Source: Candidatus Eiseniibacteriota bacterium
GTDB taxonomy: Bacteria > Eisenbacteria > RBG-16-71-46
Assembly: GCA_963744995.1 (NCBI GenBank)
Contig: CAVUWA010000011.1
Span: forward strand, 160,001-224,000
Reading direction: 5' to 3'
DNA length: 64,000 nucleotides
Every line of letters begins with the position of its first letter. Positions within the stretch are counted from its first letter, which is position 1. Positions 43,156 to 51,687 of the stretch are shown here, piece after piece. Below the pieces are notes generated by a model. It saw nothing but the letters and a program-made list of their open reading frames with translations, was not told where the DNA came from and made no database searches. Both the position numbers and the translations under genes were made by a program.

Positions 43156-43455
43156 ATGCTTTCGAGATTGCTAATGGCCGTTCTCATGACCGCTGCACTG
43201 TCCGCCCTGGCGGCGCCCTGCGCACTGGCACAGAGTTCCCTCGAGCCCGACGCCAACGCTTCCCATCAGATCAGCAGCTCGGAAGGCCCTGGCGTCCCGT
43301 CTTCACCCCTGACCACCATCTCCCGCCCCGGATTCAGCTTCCTGGAACTGGCCATGATGTGGGGCCGGCTCGCCTGGATGCCGGCGTCGCCGCTGCAGAT
43401 GCCGTCCGGGTTCGCGATGCTCGCGCCTGGCGATCTGCGCTGGGGAATCCGGTAG
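43156..43455 (+). CDS. Small secreted peptide/protein (99 aa)
   Basis: RBS GGAGGA. Sec signal ending ALA-Q. Stop abuts the next start codon. Confidence 0.7.
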   Translation: MLSRLLMAVLMTAALSALAAPCALAQSSLEPDANASHQISSSEGPGVPSSPLTTISRPGFSFLELAMMWGRLAWMPASPLQMPSGFAMLAPGDLRWGIR

Positions 43456-43457
43456 TG

Positions 43458-43997
43458 ATGCGCGCGCGGATCGGCACGCTGCCGGCCCAGCGACGCTCGG
43501 CCACGAGGCCGACCGCGCGCCTGCTTCCCTTTCAGCGGAACGCGCTCACCCACGTGCTGATTCTGGGCGGGTCCGCTGACGATCGCCGCTCGGCGGCGCT
43601 TGCGGTCCATGCCGAGAGCCTCCTTCGCTCGGGCTCTTTCGTCGGCGTGAACTGCGCGTCCGAGGAGCCGCGGCTCGCCCGGGCGTTGACCGCCTGGATG
43701 ACGGATTCGTTCGACTCCTCGGATCCGTCTCTCATGGCCGCCGCGCGCGGAACGCTCTTTCTCGACCAGGTGGAAGCGCTGTCGGTGCGAACCCAGCGCC
43801 AGCTGCTCGTGTTCGTAACGCACAAGGCGGGCGCCACGACGCCGCTCGAATCGCGCTGGGGTGGCCGCCTGATCAGCGGCAGCGACGCCGACCTCGACGC
43901 GCTGACGGCCTCCGGCCGATTCCTGCTGCCGCTCTTCGACTGCCTCGACAAGGCACGGCTCGTGCTCGATCGCGTCCACCAGGACGGTGCGGCATGA
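43458..43997 (+). CDS. Degenerate stand-alone sigma54-activator AAA domain
   Basis: VLILG, FVGVNCA, GTLFLDQV, QRQLL, GRF..PLFDCL. Walker A and GAFTGA are absent. Confidence 0.7.
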   Translation: MRARIGTLPAQRRSATRPTARLLPFQRNALTHVLILGGSADDRRSAALAVHAESLLRSGSFVGVNCASEEPRLARALTAWMTDSFDSSDPSLMAAARGTLFLDQVEALSVRTQRQLLVFVTHKAGATTPLESRWGGRLISGSDADLDALTASGRFLLPLFDCLDKARLVLDRVHQDGAA

Positions 43998-44371
43998 GCC
44001 TGCGGCACTACGACGTTCTCCTGCTCAGCGCGGCGCCCGAAATGTTCGCGCCGATGCTCGAATCGCTCGCATCGCACGGCATTCCGGCGGCCGCGGCCTG
44101 CTGTCCGGAGGACGCGTCACGGCTGCTCGCGCGCCGCCCGCACACGGTTCTGGTCGACCTCGTTCACGGCGCCGGGCTCGACGAAGCCGCGGTGCACGCC
44201 ATCAACCGGCGCCGCGGGGCGACGATGGTGCTGGCGCTGCACGCCGGTGGGCTGGGTCCGTACATCGACTCGCTCTGGAATCTGAACATCGACGGCTTCT
44301 GCCGCTTCGACGACTGGAGACCGATCGCGGAGGCCACGCCCTCCGCACACCGATCTTTTGCCCTCCACTAG
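43994..44371 (+). CDS. Atypical receiver (CheY-like) domain protein
   Basis: ATGA coupling. Beta/alpha pattern VLLL...PHTVLVDL...MVLAL. Confidence 0.5.
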   Translation: MSLRHYDVLLLSAAPEMFAPMLESLASHGIPAAAACCPEDASRLLARRPHTVLVDLVHGAGLDEAAVHAINRRRGATMVLALHAGGLGPYIDSLWNLNIDGFCRFDDWRPIAEATPSAHRSFALH

Positions 44372-44439
44372 CACGGAAAAACGATAGGGGCCACGCCCGG
44401 CGCGTTGCGTGAACGGCCGGGTGGAGGGGGGCAAAGCCA

Positions 44440-44474
44440 GGCGGCCGCGCGAAGTGCGCGGCCGCCCGTATTTT
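44440..44474 (+). terminator. Probable terminator closing the three-gene operon
   Basis: GGCGGCCGCGC-GAAGT-GCGCGGCCGCC-CGTATTTT. Confidence 0.6.
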
Positions 44475-44526
44475 GAGGCGATCAGGCAGATGCCGTGGCC
44501 GGGGATCCCGCCCCGGGATTCCGGCG

Positions 44527-44556
44527 TTGACCTGCACGCGGGCTGCGGCCTAAAGT
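44527..44556 (+). promoter_or_regulatory. Putative sigma70 promoter
   Basis: TTGACC-N18-TAAAGT. Confidence 0.55.
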
Positions 44557-44629
44557 ACCGACCCCATCGCTGCCGAAACCAAGGAAGGTTTGGCCTTCGC
44601 CCTCATCGAGGGCGCCCGGGAGACATCGA

Positions 44630-45553
44630 ATGCAGTCATTGGCGCTCTGCCGCACCGGAACGATTCTGTCCCTTTTCCTCCTCCCCGTGCTCGCCGCGGC
44701 CGATCCGGCCCCGGCGTCCGTGACGGGGGGTGGCGCCCCTACGATCCAGACGCAGTCGGGCCCGCTGCTGGCCGCGTCGACCTCGCGCAGGCGCCGGAGA
44801 GCCCTGCCCAAGGACGGCGTGTACTCGCGCCATGCGTTCCTGTTCGATCCGGTCAGCGGCGAGGTGCTGTTCGAGAAGAACGCCGACCGCTCGGTTCCCA
44901 TTGCCAGCATCACGAAGCTGATGACCGCGATGGTGTTCCTCGAGCAGAATCCGGGACTCGACCGGCAGGTCGTGGTTACGCGCGAAGATCTCTATGGCGG
45001 CGGCCGCACCCAGCTCCTGCGCCGCGAGAGCGTGAAGCTCGGCGACATCCTGCACATGGCGCTCATGTGCTCCGACAACGTGGCCGCCCGCATCCTGGCG
45101 CGCGAGTCGGGGCTGTCGCACGAAGACTTCCTCGCCCGCATGAACACCAAGGCGCTCGAGATCGGGCTCACGCATTCGCGCTTCGTCGAGGTCACCGGCC
45201 TGGACGCGCGCAACGTCTCGACTGCGACGGACGTAGCGCACATGCTGCAGGCGGCCTGCAACCAGTCCACCATCCGTCACATCTGCCAGACGCGCTCCTA
45301 CGACTTCCGCACGCGCCGGCGCGCACACTACATCCCGAACACGAACCGCCTGCTCTACAGCCAGTACGAGGTGCGCGGCGGCAAGACCGGGTACATCTCG
45401 CAGGCCGGCTACTGCTTCGCGACGTGGGTCCGCAAGGACGATCGCGACGTGATCGCGGTCGTGCTGAACGCCCCCACGGCGGCGACGCGTTTCGCGGACG
45501 TGCGCCGCATGCTGAAGCGCATCTCGGCCACGACTACCGCCTCCAACGACTGA
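44630..45553 (+). CDS. D-alanyl-D-alanine endo/carboxypeptidase (S11, PbpG-like)
   Basis: SITK, SDN, KTG motifs. Confidence 0.92.
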   Translation: MQSLALCRTGTILSLFLLPVLAAADPAPASVTGGGAPTIQTQSGPLLAASTSRRRRRALPKDGVYSRHAFLFDPVSGEVLFEKNADRSVPIASITKLMTAMVFLEQNPGLDRQVVVTREDLYGGGRTQLLRRESVKLGDILHMALMCSDNVAARILARESGLSHEDFLARMNTKALEIGLTHSRFVEVTGLDARNVSTATDVAHMLQAACNQSTIRHICQTRSYDFRTRRRAHYIPNTNRLLYSQYEVRGGKTGYISQAGYCFATWVRKDDRDVIAVVLNAPTAATRFADVRRMLKRISATTTASND

Positions 45554-45560
45554 CGCCCCG

Positions 45561-46358
45561 ATGACGGGGTCGCAACGCCTGCTCGCCCTGCTCGCGGGGC
45601 TGGGCACCGGCATTGCCGGCGGGCTCTTCGGTGTGGGCGGCGGGATCGTTCTGATCCCGATCATGACCGGCCTCTTCAAGCTCACCCAGCATCGCGCACA
45701 CGGCACCTCGCTTGCGGTCATTGGCGCCACGGCGCTCGTCTCGGTGACGGTGTACGCCTCCCACGGCAACGTCACCTGGTGGACGGCGCTGTTCGTCGCG
45801 GTCGCCAGCATCTTCACGGCACGCCTCGGCGCACGGCTGACCACGCGGTTCTCACCGTTCGGCCTCGCCAAGGTGTTCGCGGTGTTCCTGTTCATCGTCG
45901 CGCTGCGGCTGCTGTTCAAGGCGCCCGCGGCGGCGGCGGCGGCTTCGCACGTCGCTCCGGGCCCGGCATCGATCGCGTTCGATCTCGGCGTGGGGGCGCT
46001 CGTGGGTCTCGTCTCGGGCTTCATGGGTGTCGGGGGTGGAATCGTCTCCGTGCCGGTGTTCACGCTCGTCCTCGGCATGACCCAGCAACTCGCTCAGGGC
46101 ACCTCGCTGGCGGTCATCCTGGTCACGGCGCCGGCCGGAGCGATCGAGCACGCGCGCCACGGGAACGTGGCGAAGGGCCTGGTTCCGATGCTGGCGATCG
46201 GGGCGCTGGTGGGCGGCCCGCTCGCCTCGTGGTTCGTTCAGGGGCTGCCGCAAACCCTGCTCGCACGGGCATTCGCCGTGTTCCTGCTGCTGAATGCGGT
46301 CATGACCTGGCTGAGGGCGGACCTCAAGGCCAGGCAGGCGGCGGCGAAGCGTGCCTGA
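45561..46358 (+). CDS. Sulfite exporter TauE/SafE family membrane protein
   Basis: Duplicated GVGGG..P and A.GTSL motifs. Confidence 0.9.
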   Translation: MTGSQRLLALLAGLGTGIAGGLFGVGGGIVLIPIMTGLFKLTQHRAHGTSLAVIGATALVSVTVYASHGNVTWWTALFVAVASIFTARLGARLTTRFSPFGLAKVFAVFLFIVALRLLFKAPAAAAAASHVAPGPASIAFDLGVGALVGLVSGFMGVGGGIVSVPVFTLVLGMTQQLAQGTSLAVILVTAPAGAIEHARHGNVAKGLVPMLAIGALVGGPLASWFVQGLPQTLLARAFAVFLLLNAVMTWLRADLKARQAAAKRA

Positions 46359-46550
46359 TCCCCACCAGGGTTCGCCGACGTAACTCCCTTCGAGAACAGC
46401 ACGTTGCGGGCGACAACGGCGCCGCCACCGCCCCCGCTCCCGTTCGGCCCCGGGTATCCGCGCCCCGGCGGCCCGTCTCCATGCCGGATTTCAGAGACCG
46501 GGTGCGACCTTCGTTCACCGCCTGAAACACGGTCGTAGTGACAATCTCAC

Positions 46551-46580
46551 TTGAAGTTATGGCGGCCACCGGCCTATGCT
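46551..46580 (+). promoter_or_regulatory. Putative sigma70 promoter ahead of a 300-nt leader
   Basis: TTGAAG-N18-TATGCT. Palindrome TCCATG-N5-CATGGA at 46582-46598. Confidence 0.5.
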
Positions 46581-46889
46581 TTCCATGGATTTCATGGATC
46601 GACAGGGCCTGCTCGGACCCCCCCGGATCGCACCCAGAAGCCCGGTGGAAGTTCGTGCTTCCCCCGGGCTCTCTCTGTTTCGGGACCGTCCGTGGATGCC
46701 GGGTGGATCTGGGCCCGCCGGCATTGCAGCAATGCGACTTTGTTTTGCCGCGGCAGTCGAGCGCCGCTGCATGGTTGGTGATCACGGGACGCGCGGTCGG
46801 GCGTCCATCGTTCCCGGGGTGGCCGGCGGGCGGGACCCGCAATCGCCTCACGCACCGCAGCACTGCAACCTCACGAGGAGATGGAAAAG

Positions 46890-47639
46890 ATGAAGAAAGC
46901 TACGATTGCGGTTTTTGCTCTCACCGCCCTGGCGCTGGCCGCTCCGGCCTTCGGCGCGCAGCTGCTCAACGACTCGTTTTCGTATCCCGATGGCGACGTC
47001 ACCGTGGCGAGTGGCGGCCTGTGGGTGCGCCACAGCGGCGGCGATGGTCCCTACATCGTGAGCGGTGAAATGGTCCTCGACCTCGTGAACTCGGGCGGCG
47101 GCCTCAACGACGGCGACGTGAACCGCGCGTTCGCGGCTCGCACCGCCACGGACGTGACCTACGTCTGCTTCCAGGCGACGGTCACCGGCAACGCTCCGAG
47201 CGGCGGCGGGACCTACATCGCGCACTTCCGCTCTTCTGCGGACTTCATCTACCCGGGCCGCATCTACCTGACGAGCGAGCCCGCCCTGACGACCTTCACC
47301 TTCGGAATCGCAGCCACGTCATCCGGCACCGTGACCGTGCCCTGGCCGACGGCGCTCAACTTCGGACAGGTGTACAACCTCGTCTGCAAGTATGACGCGG
47401 CCACGGGAACCTCGACGCTGTGGATCGACCCGGTGAGCGAGGCGAGCCCGAGCATCTCGAGCACGAACGCGGTGGCCATCGGCGACCTCATCGATGAGTA
47501 CGCGTTCCGGCAGTCAAGCGGTGTCGACTTCGTCAACGTCGACAACGTCACGGTCGGTGAGACGTTCAACGACGTGTGCGGTGGCGCAACGCCGACCACG
47601 ACCACCAGCTGGGGCCGCATGAAGGCGCTGTACCGCTAG
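46890..47639 (+). CDS. Secreted beta-sandwich protein with C-terminal SWGRMKALYR tail
   Basis: RBS GAGGAG. Signal peptide MKKATIAVFAL. DSFSYPDG, LWIDP, VDNVTVG. Confidence 0.8.
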   Translation: MKKATIAVFALTALALAAPAFGAQLLNDSFSYPDGDVTVASGGLWVRHSGGDGPYIVSGEMVLDLVNSGGGLNDGDVNRAFAARTATDVTYVCFQATVTGNAPSGGGTYIAHFRSSADFIYPGRIYLTSEPALTTFTFGIAATSSGTVTVPWPTALNFGQVYNLVCKYDAATGTSTLWIDPVSEASPSISSTNAVAIGDLIDEYAFRQSSGVDFVNVDNVTVGETFNDVCGGATPTTTTSWGRMKALYR

Positions 47640-47660
47640 TTCGATTCAGACAGTCTCGCG

Positions 47661-47690
47661 GGGCCCGGTCGCGGTGCGGCCGGGCCCTTC
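47661..47690 (+). terminator. Probable terminator
   Basis: GGGCCCGGTCGC-GGT-GCGGCCGGGCCC-TTC. Confidence 0.55.
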
Positions 47691-48111
47691 GTGCATCCGC
47701 CTCGCCGGCCTCGCGTAGCGCCCCCGTCCCCGCGAGAGGGCGCTCGGCCTTCCTCCACGCAGGGGCCCCGCCCCCGCCATCCGGCCCCCCTGTGGGTGAT
47801 TTCGCACGGAGGATTGCGCCGCGCCCGATGTCGGCCGAGCCGGCGGCACGCTCGCGCGCACACGCAAGGCGCCCCCGCCCAGCCGCTTACCGCTCCCGCC
47901 GCCTGCTGTCGCGGAGTCGGTCGAGGCCCGTCCGGCAATGTGCTGTGCAACAACCAGTTGGGCGAGCGGGCCGCGTCCCCGTGCACTTCTCCCGCTCCCG
48001 GCCGGGCATTTGCTAATCGCAATAGATGTCGGAGCCCCCCGGGTGACACCGCCCCGCACCGGCCCGACGTTCCGGTTTTCCAGCCACCGATGCTTCCGAA
48101 GGGAGAAGGGC

Positions 48112-49905
48112 ATGGCTCGCTCGCAGCGGTCACGTAAGCCCTCCGAACGCAGACCGGCGCGCCCCGTACGCGCCCGGAGCGTGATCGCGCCCGCGTTCCC
48201 CACCGGAACCGAGGAGCCGTCACGCACCCGGCCGCGCCCCGTCCGGCCACTGCCGCCCGAGGTCACGCGCCGCGTGAAGCGCGAGATGGACCGCCTGCGC
48301 AGGCTGCCCTCGGGGTCCCCCGAAGCGGGCTCGGTGCGCACCTACCTGCACTGGCTGTGGTCGCTGCCGTGGGAGCACCCGGCGCCCGACGACGCCAACC
48401 TCAAGGGCGTCGAGAAGGTGCTCTTCAAGGACCACCTCGGCCTCGCCAAGGCCAAGGAGCGGATCCTCGAGTACCTCGCCGTGCGCCAGTTGAAGCCCGA
48501 TCTGCCCGGCCCCGCGGTGTGCCTCGTCGGCCCGCCCGGCACGGGCAAGTCGTCGCTCGCCGCCACCGTGGCGAAGGCCCTCCACCGGCCGTTCGTGCGC
48601 ATCGGCGTCTCCGGAACGAGCGACGCCGGCGAGCTGGTCGGCGAGAGCCGGTCCATTCCCGGCGCGCAGCCCGGTGCGCTGGTGCGGGCCATCCGCGAAG
48701 CCGGGGTCAGCAACCCGGTGCTGATGATCGACGGTGTCGACCGGCTGGTCGGTGAGGGCGGTCTCGGCGTGGTCGAGGTGCTGCTCGACCTGCTCGACCC
48801 GGAGAACAGCGCGCAGTTCACCGATCACTACCTCGGCATCCCGCTCGATCTGTCGGGCGCCGTGTTTCTGCTGTGCGCGTACAACCTGGACCTCGTCCCC
48901 GACGTGCTGGCCGAGCGGCTCGAGGTGATCGAGATCCCCGGCTACAGCGAAGACGAAAAACTCGAGATCGCGCGCCGCTTCCTCCTGCCGCGGCAGCTTC
49001 AGGAACACGGCCTGCTCGCGCGCGACGTGCAGCTGAGTGACGACGCCCTGCGCGCGATCGTGCGTTACTACACGCTTGAAGCCGGCGTGCGCGGCCTCGC
49101 GCGCAACCTCGCCGGCGTGTGCCGCAAGGTCGCGCGCGCCCGCGCCACCGGCGAGCGGAAGCGCCACCGCATCACGGCCGAGAAGCTCGAGCCGTATCTC
49201 GGGCACCGGATCTATACGCCCGAGGTCGTCGGCAAGGAGGACGAGGTCGGCGTCGCGGTCGGGCTCGCGTGGACACCCGCCGGCGGCGAGATCCTCGTCG
49301 TCGAAGCGCTCAAGATGCCGGGTGGCGGGCGCGTGGTCACGACCGGACAACTCGGCGAGGTCATGAAGGAGTCGGTGCAGGCCGCCCACTCTTACGTGCG
49401 TTCGCGCGCGCAGCTGCTCGAAATCGACGCGGACGCGTTCTCCAGCTACGACATCCACGTGCACTTCCCCGCCGGGGGGGTTCCCAAGGACGGGCCGTCC
49501 GCGGGCATCACCGTGGGGCTGGTGATCGCGTCGGTGCTCAGCGACCGTCCGATCCGCCACGACATCGCGATGACGGGCGAGGTCAGCCTGCGCGGCAAGG
49601 TGCTGCAGGTGGGTGGCATGCGCGAGAAGGCCCTGGCCGCGTATCGCGCCGGGTTCCGGGCGATGATCTATCCCGCGATCAATGAGAAGGACCTCGACGA
49701 CGTTCCAGCCGACGTGCGCGAGCGACTCGAACTGATTCCCGTCGAAACGATGGACGATGTCTTCGAGATCGCGCTGCACCGGGTGATCATGCCGTCGCGC
49801 CTCGCGGACGGATTCGTCATCGAGATCGAAGAGGACGAGGACGACGAAGCGGCGGATTCGAACGGGATCGATGCGCACCAGTCGGCCCGTAGCCGCCGGC
49901 GCTGA
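48112..49905 (+). CDS. lon: Lon (S16) protease homologue lacking the N-domain, with degenerate ATPase motifs
   Basis: DHLGL.KAKERILEYLAV, GPPGTGKS, F.DHYL, PKDGPSAG, GGMREK. Confidence 0.85.
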   Translation: MARSQRSRKPSERRPARPVRARSVIAPAFPTGTEEPSRTRPRPVRPLPPEVTRRVKREMDRLRRLPSGSPEAGSVRTYLHWLWSLPWEHPAPDDANLKGVEKVLFKDHLGLAKAKERILEYLAVRQLKPDLPGPAVCLVGPPGTGKSSLAATVAKALHRPFVRIGVSGTSDAGELVGESRSIPGAQPGALVRAIREAGVSNPVLMIDGVDRLVGEGGLGVVEVLLDLLDPENSAQFTDHYLGIPLDLSGAVFLLCAYNLDLVPDVLAERLEVIEIPGYSEDEKLEIARRFLLPRQLQEHGLLARDVQLSDDALRAIVRYYTLEAGVRGLARNLAGVCRKVARARATGERKRHRITAEKLEPYLGHRIYTPEVVGKEDEVGVAVGLAWTPAGGEILVVEALKMPGGGRVVTTGQLGEVMKESVQAAHSYVRSRAQLLEIDADAFSSYDIHVHFPAGGVPKDGPSAGITVGLVIASVLSDRPIRHDIAMTGEVSLRGKVLQVGGMREKALAAYRAGFRAMIYPAINEKDLDDVPADVRERLELIPVETMDDVFEIALHRVIMPSRLADGFVIEIEEDEDDEAADSNGIDAHQSARSRRR

Positions 49906-49932
49906 CGCCGGCGTTCCCGGGAGGCGGCCGGT

Positions 49933-50310
49933 TCACTCCCCGCAGCCGGAGTCCTCGACGTCCTCGTCACGCACGCGGCCACCGCGCTCGAGCTCGGACA
50001 GGTAGTCGGCGATCAATGCCCGCGCCGCCTCGGCTTCTACGGCCGGCGTGAGGATTTCCCCCCAGGCGGTCGTCGACCAGTCGCGCGGCACCGAGCCGTA
50101 CGCCGGCAGCGTCGCGCTGCGCAGCATGGCATGCACGCCGTGGTGCTCGAGCATCCCGCACAGCAGCGCGCCGGCAGCCGCGTCGGGGACGCGATGGACG
50201 ACGGTCGGGCCCGACTCGGGCGCGGGCCCCGGGGCCAGCACTTCGCGGCAGCGCGGACACGCGGCGATGTCGTCCTCATAGACCTCGTAGCACTCGGGGC
50301 AATGCTTCAT
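49933..50310 (-). CDS. Zinc-ribbon + DUF2007-like protein
   Basis: CPEC...CPRC, LLCGMLEHHGVHA. Confidence 0.65.
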   Translation of the reverse strand: MKHCPECYEVYEDDIAACPRCREVLAPGPAPESGPTVVHRVPDAAAGALLCGMLEHHGVHAMLRSATLPAYGSVPRDWSTTAWGEILTPAVEAEAARALIADYLSELERGGRVRDEDVEDSGCGE

Positions 50311-50326
50311 ACGGGCGCCGCTCCTT

Positions 50327-51547
50327 TCACGCCTGCGTGGCGCCGCCCGCCGCCGCGCCGGCATAGCGGTTCCTGAGAATGCGTGCAGCGGCTTCGATGT
50401 CCGCGTCGCTCGAGGCGAGCGACATGCGCACCCAGTCGCCGTATGCCTCGCCGAACGCCGTCCCGGGCAGCACCGCGATGCCGAGTTCCAGCCACTCGCG
50501 CACCAGGTCCCAGACGTCGCGCCCCGCCTTCGCGCCCTTCACGTTCGCGAACGCGTAGAAGGCGCCCTGCGGCGCCGGCACCCGCACCGCGTCCACGCCC
50601 GCGAGCCCTTCGAGCAGCAGGTCGCGCCGCCGTTCGTACGCGGCGCGCATCCTCTCCACCGCGTCCTGCGAGCCGGTGATGGCCGCGGCGCCGGCGCTCT
50701 GCACGGCGGGAAAGACGCCGTGCGTGGTGTAGAACGAGAGCAGCGGACCCATCGCCCGGCGCATGGACGGCGGCGATACGACGTAGCCGAGACGCCAGCC
50801 GGTCATCGCGTACGTCTTCGAGAACGTGTACACGGTCACCGTGCGTTCGGCCATTCCGGGCAGCGAGGCCATGCTCACATGCTTCGCTTCGCCGAACAGG
50901 ATGTGTTCGTACGCTTCGTCGCTCACGACGAACAGGTCGCGTTCCCGGGCGACGTCGGCGATCGCCGCGAGTTGCTCGCGCGCCAGCACGGCGCCGCTCG
51001 GGTTGTTCGGCGAGTTCAGATAGATGCCGCGCGTGCGCGGCGTGAGCGCCCCGCGCAGCCGCTCCGTGAACGCAGCGGGCGTGAGCGTGCCCGCCTGCAG
51101 ATCGAGGTAGGCGGGCAACGGGCGCCAGGTCGCGCCGTCGACGAACCCGACCAGCTTCGGAATCGCCATCCAGTAGGGCGACAGCACGAGCAGCTCGTCG
51201 CCGCCGCCGAGCAACCCCTGGAACGCGAGGAACAGCGCGTGCGTGCCGCCGATGGTCACGACGACGTCATCCGGCTCGCAGGCGATGCCGTTTTCGCGGC
51301 CGAGCTTTTCGACCAGTGCGCGCCGCAGGTTCGTGTTGCCGCGCCCGTCGGGATAGTGCGTCTCGCCGTTGCGCGCGGCGTGCGCGAGCGCCTCGACGAT
51401 GTGCGGCGGCGTGGCGAAGTCGGGCTCGCCACGCTCCAGGTGGTGCACGCGGCGGCCCTCGGCCTCCCGCGTTCGGGCCGCCGTGATCACTTCCCCGAGA
51501 GCGGACGTCATCCTGAGAATCGGGCGGTCGGCGAGCAGGTCTTTCAT
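50327..51547 (-). CDS. Class I/II PLP aminotransferase
   Basis: GEPDF, NSPNNPSG, SDEAYE, FSKTYAMTGWRLGY. Confidence 0.93.
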   Translation of the reverse strand: MKDLLADRPILRMTSALGEVITAARTREAEGRRVHHLERGEPDFATPPHIVEALAHAARNGETHYPDGRGNTNLRRALVEKLGRENGIACEPDDVVVTIGGTHALFLAFQGLLGGGDELLVLSPYWMAIPKLVGFVDGATWRPLPAYLDLQAGTLTPAAFTERLRGALTPRTRGIYLNSPNNPSGAVLAREQLAAIADVARERDLFVVSDEAYEHILFGEAKHVSMASLPGMAERTVTVYTFSKTYAMTGWRLGYVVSPPSMRRAMGPLLSFYTTHGVFPAVQSAGAAAITGSQDAVERMRAAYERRRDLLLEGLAGVDAVRVPAPQGAFYAFANVKGAKAGRDVWDLVREWLELGIAVLPGTAFGEAYGDWVRMSLASSDADIEAAARILRNRYAGAAAGGATQA

Positions 51548-51620
51548 GAATCGTCCCTCGGCGTTCGGCGTGTGCGGGCCGGCAAGGCGGCGCGCGACCC
51601 GCTGCGCGAATGTAACAGCG

Positions 51621-51635
51621 GGGCACACGGCTTGC
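51621..51635 (+). promoter_or_regulatory. Putative sigma54 promoter
   Basis: GGGCACACGGCTTGC, close to consensus. Confidence 0.6.
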
Positions 51636-51687
51636 CATGCTCCGCGTGGACTTTCGTTTCGCAACGCTCAAAGGGGGAGACGCTCAC

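Noticed and set aside
43438..43455. Peptide C-terminus LRWGIR as a third copy of the SWG-x-x-K-x-x-YR tail
   Set aside because: Only WG and the terminal R match. The Thr linker, Lys and Tyr are absent and the spacing differs.
44425..44474. c-di-GMP-I riboswitch (GGCAAAGCC word)
   Set aside because: The GNRA-capped P2 and its receptor are not present. The adjacent perfect hairpin is better explained as a terminator.
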